Numbered from the whole stretch's first letter, positions 21,510-31,447 are shown. The stretch: DNA of 62,166 nucleotides, filler included, from Thermodesulfobacteriota bacterium (GCA_036381125.1; 5 parts of 5 records of this genome joined end to end with filler, not necessarily neighbours in it); one strand, 5' to 3'. Translations and numbers: made by a program. Notes: generated by a model from the letters alone, not told the origin.

Positions 21510-21708
21510 CGGAGGTCCCTCTGGCTGAAACCGGGCTTGGACGGGTTGGGGCGCACGCCACGCTGCGTGCGAGCGATCTCCGCCCTGCGCGACGCGGCCG
21601 CTCCGCGTACACGCGAGCTTAACGAGGGCTCGGGCGGACGTCCACCCGGCGCCCGACCCCCGCGCCGGGCCCCGGCCCCCTCCCCGAGAAAACACCGTTC
21701 CGGTCGAG

Positions 21709-21737
21709 TTGACCGGGACCGCGGCGGTTGCCACACT
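21709..21737 (+). promoter_or_regulatory. sigma70-type promoter
   Basis: TTGACC-N17-CACACT with TG extension. Confidence 0.45.
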
Positions 21738-21788
21738 GGTCGGCCTTCCGCTCGTGATCCGGGCGCCCGACGGGAGAGGAGCCGCGGG

Positions 21789-22436
21789 ATGCCGGTACGG
21801 TTCGTGGGGAGCCAGCGCGAGACCGCCGAGGAGGGGCGGGTCGAGGCGCGCATCGACCTCGCCTCGCTGGCCGGCCGCCCGCACCTCTGCGCGGTCGGTC
21901 CGCTCGCGGCCCTCCGGGGCGAGGTCACCGTCCTGGACGGCCGGGCGTCGATCGCCCGCGTGGTGGACGGGCGCATCGCCGTGGACGATCGCCTCGAGGG
22001 GGGCGCGGCGTTCCTCGTCTGGGCCGAGGTGCCGGCCTGGCGAACGGTCCCGATCCCCGCGCACGTCCGGACGAAGCGGGACCTCGAGGCCTTCCTGCCC
22101 GAGGCGGCCCATGCGGCCGGCCTCGACCCCGCGGCGGCGTTCCCCTTCGTCGTGACGGGACGCGCGGCGGAGGTGCGCCTCCACGTCCTCGACCGCAAGG
22201 GGGACGGCCCGCACGACCTCCGGCGACACGAGGCATGCAAGGCCCGCTTCACGTTCGAGCAGGTCGACCTCGAGCTCGTCGGCTTCCACTCGGTGTCACA
22301 CCAGGGCGTCTTCACGCCGCCCGGCGGCACGACCCACATGCACGCCCGGACCCCGGACAACCGGGTGTCCGGACACCTCGACGGCGTGCGCCTCGTCGCC
22401 GGGGCGCGCCTCGGCCTGCCGAGCCTGGAGCGCTAG
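21789..22436 (+). CDS. alpha-acetolactate decarboxylase-like protein
   Basis: GPLAALRGEVTVLDG, VGFHS..HQGVFT, THMH...SGHLD; RBS GAGGAG. Confidence 0.7.
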   Translation: MPVRFVGSQRETAEEGRVEARIDLASLAGRPHLCAVGPLAALRGEVTVLDGRASIARVVDGRIAVDDRLEGGAAFLVWAEVPAWRTVPIPAHVRTKRDLEAFLPEAAHAAGLDPAAAFPFVVTGRAAEVRLHVLDRKGDGPHDLRRHEACKARFTFEQVDLELVGFHSVSHQGVFTPPGGTTHMHARTPDNRVSGHLDGVRLVAGARLGLPSLER

Positions 22437-22461
22437 ACGCCGCGGATCACGTCGAGGCGCG

Positions 22462-23403
22462 CTACTCGACGGGGATCGGCGCCGCGAGGTCGCGCGCGCG
22501 CGCCGCGATGGCGGCGGCGACCGGCATGCTCTCCTGGGCGCCTATCGCCTCGCAGGCGAGCGAGCCGGCCGTGCTCGCCAGGTGCAACGCCTCCCGCAGG
22601 TCGCTGCCGGCGTCGAGGGCGGCGGCGAGGACGCCGGTGAAGGTGTCGCCGGCGCCCGTCGTGTCGGCGACCCGCACCGCCAGCGCCCCGACCCGCCAGG
22701 CCGTCCCCCGCTCCGCGGCCACCGCCCCGCGACTGCCGAGCGTGACCACGCATGCGGCCCCGAGACGTTCGGCGAGGCTCCGGGCAAGGCGCACCGGGTC
22801 GCCGGCGGACGCGGAAGCCCCCAGCCCGGCCGCGAGGAGCGCGCCTTCGCCCTCGTTGGCCACCAGGACGTCGACGAGCCCCGGCAGCCTGGTCGCGTCC
22901 TCGGCCGTGAGGAGCGAGGCGGGGGCGACGTTGAGGACGGTGCGGGCCCCGGCGCGGCGCGCCCGCTCGAGCAGCCGCCAGTTCTCGGCCGGCGGCACCT
23001 CCATCTGCACGACGACCGTCGCGCCAGGCCCGAGGACGGCGTCCGGCACGTCGTCGGCCCGCGCCGCCCGGTTGGCGCCAGCCGCCACGGTGATGACGTT
23101 CTCGCCGCGGTCGTCGACGACGATGGCGGCGCAGCCGGTCGGCAGGTCGGCCGGTGTCACGCCGGCGGCCATCACCTGGTTCTCCGCGAGCCTCGCGACG
23201 AGGATCCGCGCGAACGCGTCGCGGCCGACGCGGCCGAAGAGCCGGACCGGCCGGCCGGCCCGGGCCGCCGCCACCGCCTGGTTGTTGCCCTTGCCTCCCG
23301 GGCGGACGACGTACCCTTCGCAGAGCACCGTCTCCCCCGGCCCGGGCAGCCGGCCGACCCGCATGATGAGGTCGACGTTCAGCGAGCCGAAGACGACGAT
23401 CAT
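22462..23403 (-). CDS. rbsK: ribokinase (PfkB family)
   Basis: GSLNVD, PGPGETV, GGKGNNQAVAAAR, NEGE, DTTGAGDTF. Confidence 0.88.
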   Translation of the reverse strand: MIVVFGSLNVDLIMRVGRLPGPGETVLCEGYVVRPGGKGNNQAVAAARAGRPVRLFGRVGRDAFARILVARLAENQVMAAGVTPADLPTGCAAIVVDDRGENVITVAAGANRAARADDVPDAVLGPGATVVVQMEVPPAENWRLLERARRAGARTVLNVAPASLLTAEDATRLPGLVDVLVANEGEGALLAAGLGASASAGDPVRLARSLAERLGAACVVTLGSRGAVAAERGTAWRVGALAVRVADTTGAGDTFTGVLAAALDAGSDLREALHLASTAGSLACEAIGAQESMPVAAAIAARARDLAAPIPVE

Positions 23404-23885
23404 CCGTCGCGCCTGGCCGCCGCGAGCCCGCGGTCCATCTCGTGCAGCTTCGCCACGCGTCGCCGGCAGTCGGGGTCGTCCGAGAAGCGGGCGGAGACGA
23501 AGGCGTCGACCAGGTCCACGGCGAGCCACGGGCCGACGATCTGGGCGCCGATGCACATGACGTTGACGTCGTCGTGCTCGACGCTCTGGTGGGCCGAGTG
23601 GACGTCGTGGCAGACCGCCGCCCGGATGCCCGGAATCTTGTTCGCGGCGATCGAGGCGCCCACGCCGGTGCCGCAGACCATGAGGCCGCGGTCCGCGTCC
23701 CCTCCGAGGATCTTCTCGGCGAGGCGCCTGGCGACGTCCGGAAAGTCTACCGGGGCCGGGTCGTAGGAACCGACGTCGATCACCTGGTAGCCCCGCTGCC
23801 GCAGGAACTCCATCAGGCGGCCCTTCAGCGGGAACCCGGCGTGGTCCGAGCCGACGACGATGCGCGTGCCTGTCCGTTCGCTCAT
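23400..23885 (-). CDS. rpiB: ribose-5-phosphate isomerase B family
   Basis: GSDHAG, CGTGVG, ANK, EHDDVNV. Confidence 0.9.
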   Translation of the reverse strand: MSERTGTRIVVGSDHAGFPLKGRLMEFLRQRGYQVIDVGSYDPAPVDFPDVARRLAEKILGGDADRGLMVCGTGVGASIAANKIPGIRAAVCHDVHSAHQSVEHDDVNVMCIGAQIVGPWLAVDLVDAFVSARFSDDPDCRRRVAKLHEMDRGLAAARRDG

Positions 23886-24613
23886 GTCCGTCCTCGCGTG
23901 CCTCGGGCCAGGTCGAAGTGCTCCCGGAGAACCGTCTCGGCCCGGTCGGGGTCTCGGCCGAGGATGGCGTCGAGCACGCGCCGGTGCGCCTCGCCCAGCG
24001 TGACGAGGACGTCCGGCCGGCCGATGATCGCCGCGCGCCGCTCGTGGTGGCTGCGACGCAGGAGGGTCTCGATGGCCTCGTAAACGAAGAGCAAGACCGC
24101 GTTGCGGCTCGCCTGGACGATCGCCGCGTGGAACTCGAAGTCGGCGTCCGCGCCGGTATCGGCGTCCTCGACGGTCTCGAGGATCCGGTCGAGCGCGAGA
24201 CGCAGGCGGGCTTCGTCTTCGGGCCTCGCGTTCGTGCAGGCCAGCCGGATCGCGTGGCACTCGATGGCGATGCGCGCCTCGAGCACGTGCTCGTAAACGG
24301 TCGGCTGCATGGCGAGCATGACGCCGAAGAAGTCCCGCAGCACGCCGACGTCCGGCGAGCGCACGAACGTGCCCTGCCCGGGCCTGATTTCCACCACGCC
24401 GAGGAGGGCCATGGCCCGCATGACCTCTCGCAGGCTCGCCCGGCTCACCCCGAGCCGCGTCGCGAGTTCCCGCTCGGACAGGAGCCGGTCGCCCGGGCGC
24501 AACGCCCCCGAGACGAGCTGGCTCTTGAAGAACTGGAAGATCTCCTCGAAGAGGTGCGCCTCGGTGGAGGCGACGACCGAAAGGTCGGCGGCGATCCGTC
24601 GCGTCGTCGACAT
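23882..24613 (-). CDS. FadR/GntR family transcriptional regulator
   Basis: PGDRLLSERELATRLGVSRASLRE, FCD domain (DFEFH, SRNAVL). Confidence 0.92.
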   Translation of the reverse strand: MSTTRRIAADLSVVASTEAHLFEEIFQFFKSQLVSGALRPGDRLLSERELATRLGVSRASLREVMRAMALLGVVEIRPGQGTFVRSPDVGVLRDFFGVMLAMQPTVYEHVLEARIAIECHAIRLACTNARPEDEARLRLALDRILETVEDADTGADADFEFHAAIVQASRNAVLLFVYEAIETLLRRSHHERRAAIIGRPDVLVTLGEAHRRVLDAILGRDPDRAETVLREHFDLARGTRGRT

Positions 24614-24624
24614 GGGCGCCTCCC

Positions 24625-25908
24625 CTAGTAGCCCAGAAGCCTCGGCAACCAGGTTACCGCCTGCGGCACCAGCGCGAAGGCCAGCGTGCCGCCGATCAGC
24701 ACGGCCAGGAACGGGACGATGGCCCGCGACGTCTCCTCGACGGTGGCCTTCGCGATGCTCGCGGTGACGAAGAGGACGACGCCGACCGGCGGCGTGACGA
24801 CGCCGAGCGTGAGTGCGATGCAGACGATCACGCCGAAGAAGACCGGGTCGATGCCGGCGGCCTGCGCCATGGGGGCGAGGACCGGCGTGAGGATGATCAG
24901 GCCCGGGATGGTCTCGATGAAGGTGCCGACGGCGAGCAGGAAGAGCACGACGCCGACGGTGAGGACGGCCGGGCTCCGGATGCCGCCGAGGAGCGCCTCG
25001 GCCATTCGGGTCGGCACCTGCTCGAAAGCCAGGATCCAGCCGAAGAGCGTCGCGATGGTCATGACCAGCATGACCACGCCGGTCGTGCAGGCCGTGGCGA
25101 GCAGGACGCGCGGGAGGTCGCGCAGGCCGATCTCCCGATGGACGAAGCGCGCCACGAGGAACGCGTAGACCGCGCCGACGGCGCCGGCCTCGGTCGGCGT
25201 CATGACCCCGCCGAGGATGCCCCCCATGATGAGGACCGGCGTCATGAGTGCGGGGCCGGCGTCGCGTGCCGCCGCGAGCACTTCGCGTGCCGTGGCCCGG
25301 CGGCCGACGGGTAGACCCCGCCGCCGCGCGACGATGCCGATGACGACGGCGAGCCCGAGCCCCATGACGGCGCCGGGGACGTAGCCGCCGACGAAGAGGG
25401 CACCCACCGACACGCCGGCGATGCTCCCGTAGACCACCATCGGGATGCTCGGCGGGATGATGGCGCCGAGGCTGCTCGAGGACGACTCGATCGCCGCGGC
25501 CATGCCGCTCGGGTAGCCGGAACGCTTCATGGCCGGGATGGTGATGGCGCCGGTTCCCGCGGCGTTCGCCACGGCCGACCCGGAGAAGCTGGCGAAGATC
25601 ATGCTCGCCAGTAGCTCGACGACGCCCATGCCGCCGGCCAGGTGCCCGACGAGCGTGTGCGAGAAGGCCACCAGGCGCCGCGAGATGCCGCCGGTGTTCA
25701 TCAGCTCGCCGACGAGCACGAAGAACGGGATGGCCGTGAGCGCGAACGAGTCGGCGCCCGCGTACATCTGCTGCGGGATCGTCTCGGGCGACACCGTGGG
25801 CATGAAGAGGAACAGGTAGGCGAGCGAGGCCAACCCGAGCGCGAAGGCGATCTGCGCGCGCGCCGCCAGGAAGACGCCGAAGACGAGCAGGAGGACCAGG
25901 AGGCTCAC
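24625..25908 (-). CDS. dctM: TRAP transporter large permease
   Basis: AIPFFVLVGELM, SGSAVA, IIPPSIP, TPTEAG, TPPVG. Confidence 0.93.
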   Translation of the reverse strand: MSLLVLLLVFGVFLAARAQIAFALGLASLAYLFLFMPTVSPETIPQQMYAGADSFALTAIPFFVLVGELMNTGGISRRLVAFSHTLVGHLAGGMGVVELLASMIFASFSGSAVANAAGTGAITIPAMKRSGYPSGMAAAIESSSSSLGAIIPPSIPMVVYGSIAGVSVGALFVGGYVPGAVMGLGLAVVIGIVARRRGLPVGRRATAREVLAAARDAGPALMTPVLIMGGILGGVMTPTEAGAVGAVYAFLVARFVHREIGLRDLPRVLLATACTTGVVMLVMTIATLFGWILAFEQVPTRMAEALLGGIRSPAVLTVGVVLFLLAVGTFIETIPGLIILTPVLAPMAQAAGIDPVFFGVIVCIALTLGVVTPPVGVVLFVTASIAKATVEETSRAIVPFLAVLIGGTLAFALVPQAVTWLPRLLGY

Positions 25909-26399
25909 GTGGAGGGGACCTCGCCGGCGAGCGTCTCGCGGAGCACCTCGAGGAACATGAGGATCGCCGAGACCGGGACGCCGAGGTACCCCCACGCGGC
26001 GGAGATGCCGAGGATCGGGGTGACGCGTCCAAGCTCGAGCGTGGTGCAGACCAGCTCGATGCCCGACCAGGCCAGCACGCCGAGGAACGCCAGGACGAAG
26101 AGGCGGGTGACGGTGAGGAAGGCCGGCAGCGCGCGGCGGGGCACGCGGGCCGCCACGAAGTCCATCGCCACGTGCTGCTTGCGGCGAAGGGCGACGTACG
26201 AGCCGAGGAAGACCACCCACACGAAGAGCAGCCGGCTCACCTCCTCGGCCGAGATCCAACCGATCCCGAGCGTGTACCGGGCGAACACGTTGACCGACAC
26301 GAGCAGGACCAGGACGCCGGTCAGGACCCAGGTGATCCCCTCGACCGCCCGGCCGACGGCCGCCTCGATCCTGGTGATCGCGCGCCCCGGTCCGCTCAT
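25905..26399 (-). CDS. dctQ: TRAP transporter small permease
   Basis: 4 TM segments, VFARY, EEVSR, HVAMD. Confidence 0.9.
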   Translation of the reverse strand: MSGPGRAITRIEAAVGRAVEGITWVLTGVLVLLVSVNVFARYTLGIGWISAEEVSRLLFVWVVFLGSYVALRRKQHVAMDFVAARVPRRALPAFLTVTRLFVLAFLGVLAWSGIELVCTTLELGRVTPILGISAAWGYLGVPVSAILMFLEVLRETLAGEVPST

Positions 26400-26403
26400 C
26401 CGG

Positions 26404-27387
26404 CTACCTGGCGCCGACGACGAGCTCGTAGAGGTCGCGCCCGAAGCTCTTGCCGACGTACTCGGCGTGGATCGGGCGAGCGGCCTTCCGGAACGGCTCG
26501 AGGTCGGGGGTATTGACCGCGACGCCCCGCTCCTTCATCTTCGCGACCAGGTCGTTCGTCAGGGCCCTGGCGTGCTCGCGCTGGAAGTCCATGGCCTCCT
26601 TCGCCGCGGCGGTCATGGCGTCCTGTTGGTCCTTCGGCAGCGACGAGAAGAACCGGTCGTTGACGATGAGCACCGTGAAGGACAGGAGGTGGTCGGTCAT
26701 CGACATGAACTTCTGCACCTCGTAGAGGCGCGCCGGGTAGATGTTGATGACCGCGTTCTCCTGGCCGTCGATCGTGCCCTGCTGCAGCGCGGTGTAGACC
26801 TCCCCGTATGGCATCGCGACCGGGATGCCGCCGAACGCCCTGGTGACGGCGAGGTTGACCGGGCTCTGCGGGCTGCGGATCTTCAGGCCCGCGAGGTCGT
26901 CCGGCTTCTCGACGGGCCGCTTGCTGTTCGTGTAGACCCGAGCACCGTTGTAGCCCCACCCCAGGACGCGCAGCCGCTTCTCGCGCATCTGCGCCTCGAC
27001 GGCCTCGCCGAGCCGCCCCTCGAGGAGCCGGAACGCCTGATCGTGGTCGCGGAACAGGTAGGGCAGGCTCAGGATGGTGGTCACCGGCGCGAACTGCGCG
27101 AGCGGGTCGTGCCCGACGAAGGTCGCCTCGATCGTCCCGGTCTGGACGTTCTGGATGACCTCGGTCTCCTGGCCGAGCTGCCCGCCCGGGAAGACGGCCG
27201 CCTTGAGCTTGCCGCCCGTCTTCTGCTCGAGCAGCTCGGCGAACTTCTTCGCGCCGACGTCGAAGTGGCTGCCGGCTGCGCAGCAGTGCGGGATGCGGAT
27301 CGTCGTCTGGGCGACGGCGGACCCGACGCCCGCGAGCAGGAGCGCCGCGGACGCGAGGCCGATGACACGGACGAAGCGACGAAGCAT
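26404..27387 (-). CDS. dctP: TRAP transporter substrate-binding protein
   Basis: signal peptide, FPGGQLG, GLKIRS, EVYTALQQGTIDGQEN. Confidence 0.93.
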   Translation of the reverse strand: MLRRFVRVIGLASAALLLAGVGSAVAQTTIRIPHCCAAGSHFDVGAKKFAELLEQKTGGKLKAAVFPGGQLGQETEVIQNVQTGTIEATFVGHDPLAQFAPVTTILSLPYLFRDHDQAFRLLEGRLGEAVEAQMREKRLRVLGWGYNGARVYTNSKRPVEKPDDLAGLKIRSPQSPVNLAVTRAFGGIPVAMPYGEVYTALQQGTIDGQENAVINIYPARLYEVQKFMSMTDHLLSFTVLIVNDRFFSSLPKDQQDAMTAAAKEAMDFQREHARALTNDLVAKMKERGVAVNTPDLEPFRKAARPIHAEYVGKSFGRDLYELVVGAR

Positions 27388-27422
27388 GGGTGTCTTCTCC
27401 TGAGTCGTGCCCGAGCGGGCGG

Positions 27423-28562
27423 TTAGACGCTTCGGCTCTGCGCGTCGATCTCCGCGACCTGACGCCGCAGGTCCGCCAGGTTCGCCTCGATGGCGCGGGT
27501 GAGGCCGGCGGCCGTCTCGCGCATGGAGAGCTTCTGCATCGTGTACGGGTTCGCGTCGATGGCGCGCTGCACCGTCTCCACCCACTCGGCCGGCACGCCG
27601 TCGATCCCCTTGAAGGCGCCGCAGATCGAGCCCAGCATCCCGGCGATGCAGTCGGTGTCCCGGCCGAGGTTCGTGGCTCCTGTGAGCCCGTCCCGCACGT
27701 CCCCCTTCGTGATGCGGAAGAGCGCCATGACTTCCGCCGCCGTCTCGACCGCGTCGGCGTACGGGTAGGTCGGCATGAAGTGCTTGCGGATCGGCTCCCG
27801 GATGGCGCGCGTGTCGGGGTACTCGTCGGCGATCGCCAGCGCCTCGTCGATGATCTCCCGGGTGTGCCTGGAGACGTACGCCCTGGAGGCGGCGATGATC
27901 GACTCGACCGTCGCGCCGGGGCGAAACGCCTCGGCCGTGGCAGCCGCGATGACCTTCGCCCCCTCGATGCCGCCGGAGGCCGGCGGCTGCATCAGCAGGC
28001 AGATGTCCTCCGCGTCGAGGGCCGCCTGGCGGGGGTTGCCGGCGTTGACGATGCCGACCGGGCCGATCATGTGCGCCGCGTCGACCAGGCCGGGCCACGG
28101 CGCCATCTGCCCGATGAGCCGTGGATGGATCCGCGAGGTCTCGTCACCGGCCATCAGCCGGTCGTAGTGGATGACGATGTGCGGGTTCACCAGCCGGCCG
28201 ATGTCCTCCCGCTTGATCTCCCGCCGCCAGATCGCTGCCACGTCCTCCACCGTCACGCGGCCCGGCTTCTCGATCATCGCGAGGGCGAGCAGGTACCGGA
28301 TCTCCGCCCCGTCCTCCGTCATGCCCGGGGCCATGTCCATGTGCCGGTAGTGAAGGGCGGGGCTGTTGTTCCAGTAGCGGACGTCCCGCTCGACCTGCAC
28401 CCACGGCAGGAGGGTCTCCACCCAGCCGAAGTGCTTCTCGACTGCCTGCCAGCCGCCACCCGGAACACTCACCCACTCGACCGCGGCCCCCATCGCCGAC
28501 CCGATGTTCGCGGCGGCGACGGAGCCGAAGACCTTCTTGAAGAGGGGGGTTTCCGCCAGCAT
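27423..28562 (-). CDS. ADP-ribosylglycohydrolase (ARH/DraG) family protein, divergent
   Basis: IGSAMGAAVE, GMTEDG, PVGIVNAGNP, NLGRDTDCIAGMLGSICGAFKG..VPAEW. Confidence 0.85.
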   Translation of the reverse strand: MLAETPLFKKVFGSVAAANIGSAMGAAVEWVSVPGGGWQAVEKHFGWVETLLPWVQVERDVRYWNNSPALHYRHMDMAPGMTEDGAEIRYLLALAMIEKPGRVTVEDVAAIWRREIKREDIGRLVNPHIVIHYDRLMAGDETSRIHPRLIGQMAPWPGLVDAAHMIGPVGIVNAGNPRQAALDAEDICLLMQPPASGGIEGAKVIAAATAEAFRPGATVESIIAASRAYVSRHTREIIDEALAIADEYPDTRAIREPIRKHFMPTYPYADAVETAAEVMALFRITKGDVRDGLTGATNLGRDTDCIAGMLGSICGAFKGIDGVPAEWVETVQRAIDANPYTMQKLSMRETAAGLTRAIEANLADLRRQVAEIDAQSRSV

Positions 28563-28574
28563 GGTCTCCTCGGA

Positions 28575-28591
28575 CCGTGGTCTGACCACGG
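28575..28591. promoter_or_regulatory. FadR-type operator palindrome
   Basis: CCGTGGTC-T-GACCACGG, containing TGGTCnGACCA, between promoter and RBS. Confidence 0.75.
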
Positions 28592-28622
28592 ACAGTTCGT
28601 GGTCCGTTTGCGAGCTGGCCAG

Positions 28623-28651
28623 ATCGTGCATCCGGGGCGTGCCGTTGTCAA
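28623..28651 (-). promoter_or_regulatory. sigma70-type promoter of the ARH-TRAP operon
   Basis: TTGACA-N17-CACGAT. Confidence 0.6.
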
Positions 28652-28759
28652 ACCGGATTTCTCGGCTGAGAGGTCTTCGGCCGCGGGGCGCCACGGGGCG
28701 CGAGCAGGCCCGGACCGGCTAGAATGAGGTCTCTCTCCCGAGGCCTTCAGGAGGTGCAC

Positions 28760-29803
28760 ATGTCGTTCGAGGTGTCACGTCGCGGCCTGGCGGCCGCCGT
28801 CGCGCTCCTGGCCGCGCTCTGGTCCGCGGGCCCGGCTGCCGCCCAGCAGCGCCTGCCGGTCAAGATTGCGGTCGGCGGGGCGAGCTGTCTCTGCTACCTG
28901 CCCACCGTGCTGGCCGAGCGGATCGGCGCCTACGAGCAGGCCGGGCTCGACGTGGAGCTGATCAACTTCAAGGGCGGGTCGGTGGCCCTCACCGCCGTCC
29001 TGTCGGGGAGCGCCGACATCGTGTCGGGCTACTACGACCACACGGTGAACCTCGCCGCCAAGAAGAAGGCGATGAAGTCGATCGTGGTCTACGACCGGTT
29101 CCCGGGCCTGGTCCTCGTCGTGTCGCCGAAGGCGACGGCCCAGGTGAAGTCGGTGCGCGACCTCGTCGGCAAGAAGGTGGGCGTCTCGGCCCCAGGCTCC
29201 TCGACCGACTTCTTCCTCAAGTACATCGCCCGGAAGCACGAGGTCGATCCGGGCCGCATCGCCGTGATCGGCGTCGGCCTCACCGACACCGCCGTGGCCG
29301 CGATGGAGCAGGGACAGGTGGACGCGGCGGTCATGCTCGACCCGGCCGTCACCTACCTCCAGAACAAGTACAAGGACCTGCGGATCCTCTCGGACACGCG
29401 CACCCAGGCGGACACCCAGGCCGTCTTCGGCGGCGACTACCCGGGCGGCTCCCTCTACTCCACCGTCGACTGGGTCGAGAAGCACCCGAAGGAGTCCCAG
29501 GCCCTCGCCGAGGCGCTCGTGCGGACGCTCCGCTGGATCCACAGCCACACCCCCGAGGAGATCATGGCCAAGATGCCGAAGGAGTTCGTCGGCGAGGACC
29601 CGGCGCTCTACCTCTCGGCCCTCAAGAACACCATCCCGATGTACTCGAAGACCGGCCTCATGGACCCCAAGGGGGCCCGGGCGGTGCTCGACGTCTTCAG
29701 CCAGTCGTCGCCCGAGGTCGCACAGGCGAACATCGACGTGACCCGGACCTACACGAACGAGTTCGTCGAGAAGGCCGCGCAGAAGCTCGGCAAGGCCGAC
29801 TAG
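28760..29803 (+). CDS. NitT/TauT ABC transporter substrate-binding protein
   Basis: signal peptide, YLPTVLAE, GKKVGVSAPGSST; RBS GGAGG. Confidence 0.9.
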   Translation: MSFEVSRRGLAAAVALLAALWSAGPAAAQQRLPVKIAVGGASCLCYLPTVLAERIGAYEQAGLDVELINFKGGSVALTAVLSGSADIVSGYYDHTVNLAAKKKAMKSIVVYDRFPGLVLVVSPKATAQVKSVRDLVGKKVGVSAPGSSTDFFLKYIARKHEVDPGRIAVIGVGLTDTAVAAMEQGQVDAAVMLDPAVTYLQNKYKDLRILSDTRTQADTQAVFGGDYPGGSLYSTVDWVEKHPKESQALAEALVRTLRWIHSHTPEEIMAKMPKEFVGEDPALYLSALKNTIPMYSKTGLMDPKGARAVLDVFSQSSPEVAQANIDVTRTYTNEFVEKAAQKLGKAD

Positions 29804-29808
29804 CGACA

Positions 29809-30648
29809 GTGACGACGGCAGACCCCGTGAACGGCGGCGGGCGGGGCCCCGAGGCCCCGCCCGCCGTCTCCTTCGACGCGGTCACGATCCGCTTCGCCGC
29901 CCCCTCGGGGCAGGTCCACACCGTCATGCGCGACATCTCGCTCGACATCGCCGAGGGGACGTTCGTCGCCATCGTGGGCCCGAGCGGCTGCGGCAAGTCG
30001 ACGCTCCTCAACGCGGCCGCGGGGCTCCTCTTCCCGCCGGAAGGCCGCGTGCGGGTCTTCGGCGAGCCGCTCTCCGGCGTGAACCCGCACGCCGCCTATC
30101 TCTTCCAGCAGGACGCGCTCCTCCCCTGGCGGACGGTCCTCGACAACGTGCGGCTCGGCCTCGTCTTCGCCGGCGTCCCGCGGCGGGAGAGCGAGCGGCA
30201 GGCGAGGGGCTGGATCGATCGGGTCGGGCTCAAGGGCTTCGAGGACCGCTTTCCGCACCAGCTCTCGGGCGGCATGCGCAAGCGGGTGGCGGTGGCGCAG
30301 AGCTTCCTCGTGAACCCCCGCATCCTCCTCATGGACGAGCCCTTCTCGGCGCTCGACGTCCAGACGCGGCAGAACATGGAGACGGAGCTGCTCGGCCTCT
30401 GGCAGGAGACGCGCAAGACGGTGCTCTTCGTGACGCACGACCTCGAGGAGGCGATCGCGCTGGCCGACCGCGTGGTGGTGCTCTCGGCCGGCCCGGCGCG
30501 CGTGAAGGGGGTGTACGACGTCGACCTGCCGCGGCCGCGCGACGTGGCCGAGATCCGGCTCACGCCCGAGTTCACGGCGCTCTACACGCGCATCTGGGCG
30601 GACCTCCGCGAGGAGGTCCGGCGGCAGTACGAGGCGCGCCATGCCTGA
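29809..30648 (+). CDS. NitT/TauT ABC transporter ATP-binding protein
   Basis: GPSGCGKST, LSGGM, LMDEPFSALD, VTHD. Confidence 0.95.
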   Translation: MTTADPVNGGGRGPEAPPAVSFDAVTIRFAAPSGQVHTVMRDISLDIAEGTFVAIVGPSGCGKSTLLNAAAGLLFPPEGRVRVFGEPLSGVNPHAAYLFQQDALLPWRTVLDNVRLGLVFAGVPRRESERQARGWIDRVGLKGFEDRFPHQLSGGMRKRVAVAQSFLVNPRILLMDEPFSALDVQTRQNMETELLGLWQETRKTVLFVTHDLEEAIALADRVVVLSAGPARVKGVYDVDLPRPRDVAEIRLTPEFTALYTRIWADLREEVRRQYEARHA

Positions 30649-31447
30649 GTCGACCAGGGTCGCCACCCTCACGACCCGCCGCGCCACGAGCCGCCCGGTC
30701 GTCGTGGCCCTCCAGGTCCTCACGTTCCTCGCCCTGATGGCGGCCTGGGAGGCGGCCTCCCGCACGGAGACGATCGACCCCTTCTTCTTCAGCAAGCCGA
30801 CCGACGTCGCCCGCCGCATGTGGGAGTGGGTGGCCACCGGCTTCATCTGGGAGCACCTCGTCACGACCCTGGTCGAGGCGATGCTCGCGTTCCTCATCGG
30901 GACGCTCGCCGGCATCGTCTTCGGCCTCGCCTTCGCGCGGATCGAGCTGCTCGCGGCGATCTTCGACCCCTACATCCGCATGCTGAACGCGCTGCCGCGG
31001 GTCATCCTCGCGCCGATCTTCCTCCTCTGGTTCGGCCTGGGCATCGCCTCCAAGGTGGCGCTCGGGGTCTCGATCGTCTTCTTCGTCGTCTTCTTCAACA
31101 CGTTCCAGGGGATCCGCGAGGTCGACCCGGTCGTCCTCAACAACGCCCGCATGCTCAAGGCGTCCGACCGGGACCTGCTGCGCCACGTCTACCTTCCGTC
31201 GGCCCTCGCCTGGATCTTCTCGAGCCTCCACACGAGCATCGGCTTCGCCCTCGTGGGGGCGGTCGTGGGCGAGTACATGGGGGCCGCACGGGGGATCGGG
31301 TACATCGTGTCGCAGGCGCAGGGGGTGTTCGATACGACGGGCGTGCTCGCCGGCCTCATCCTGACGTCGGCCGTCGTGCTCCTGATCGACGTCGGCATCA
31401 ACCGCCTCGAGGCGCATCTCCTCCGCTGGCGGCCGCGGGCGGCCTGA
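30641..31447 (+). CDS. NitT/TauT ABC transporter permease
   Basis: LPRVILAPIF, GAVVGEY. Confidence 0.92.
   Translation: MPESTRVATLTTRRATSRPVVVALQVLTFLALMAAWEAASRTETIDPFFFSKPTDVARRMWEWVATGFIWEHLVTTLVEAMLAFLIGTLAGIVFGLAFARIELLAAIFDPYIRMLNALPRVILAPIFLLWFGLGIASKVALGVSIVFFVVFFNTFQGIREVDPVVLNNARMLKASDRDLLRHVYLPSALAWIFSSLHTSIGFALVGAVVGEYMGAARGIGYIVSQAQGVFDTTGVLAGLILTSAVVLLIDVGINRLEAHLLRWRPRAA

Noticed and set aside
17818-21612. Very long Arg/Pro/Gly-rich ORFs in the track (also 52236-54980, 34124-36514 and others)
   Set aside because: Shadow and antisense ORFs typical of high-GC DNA, overlapping well-supported genes
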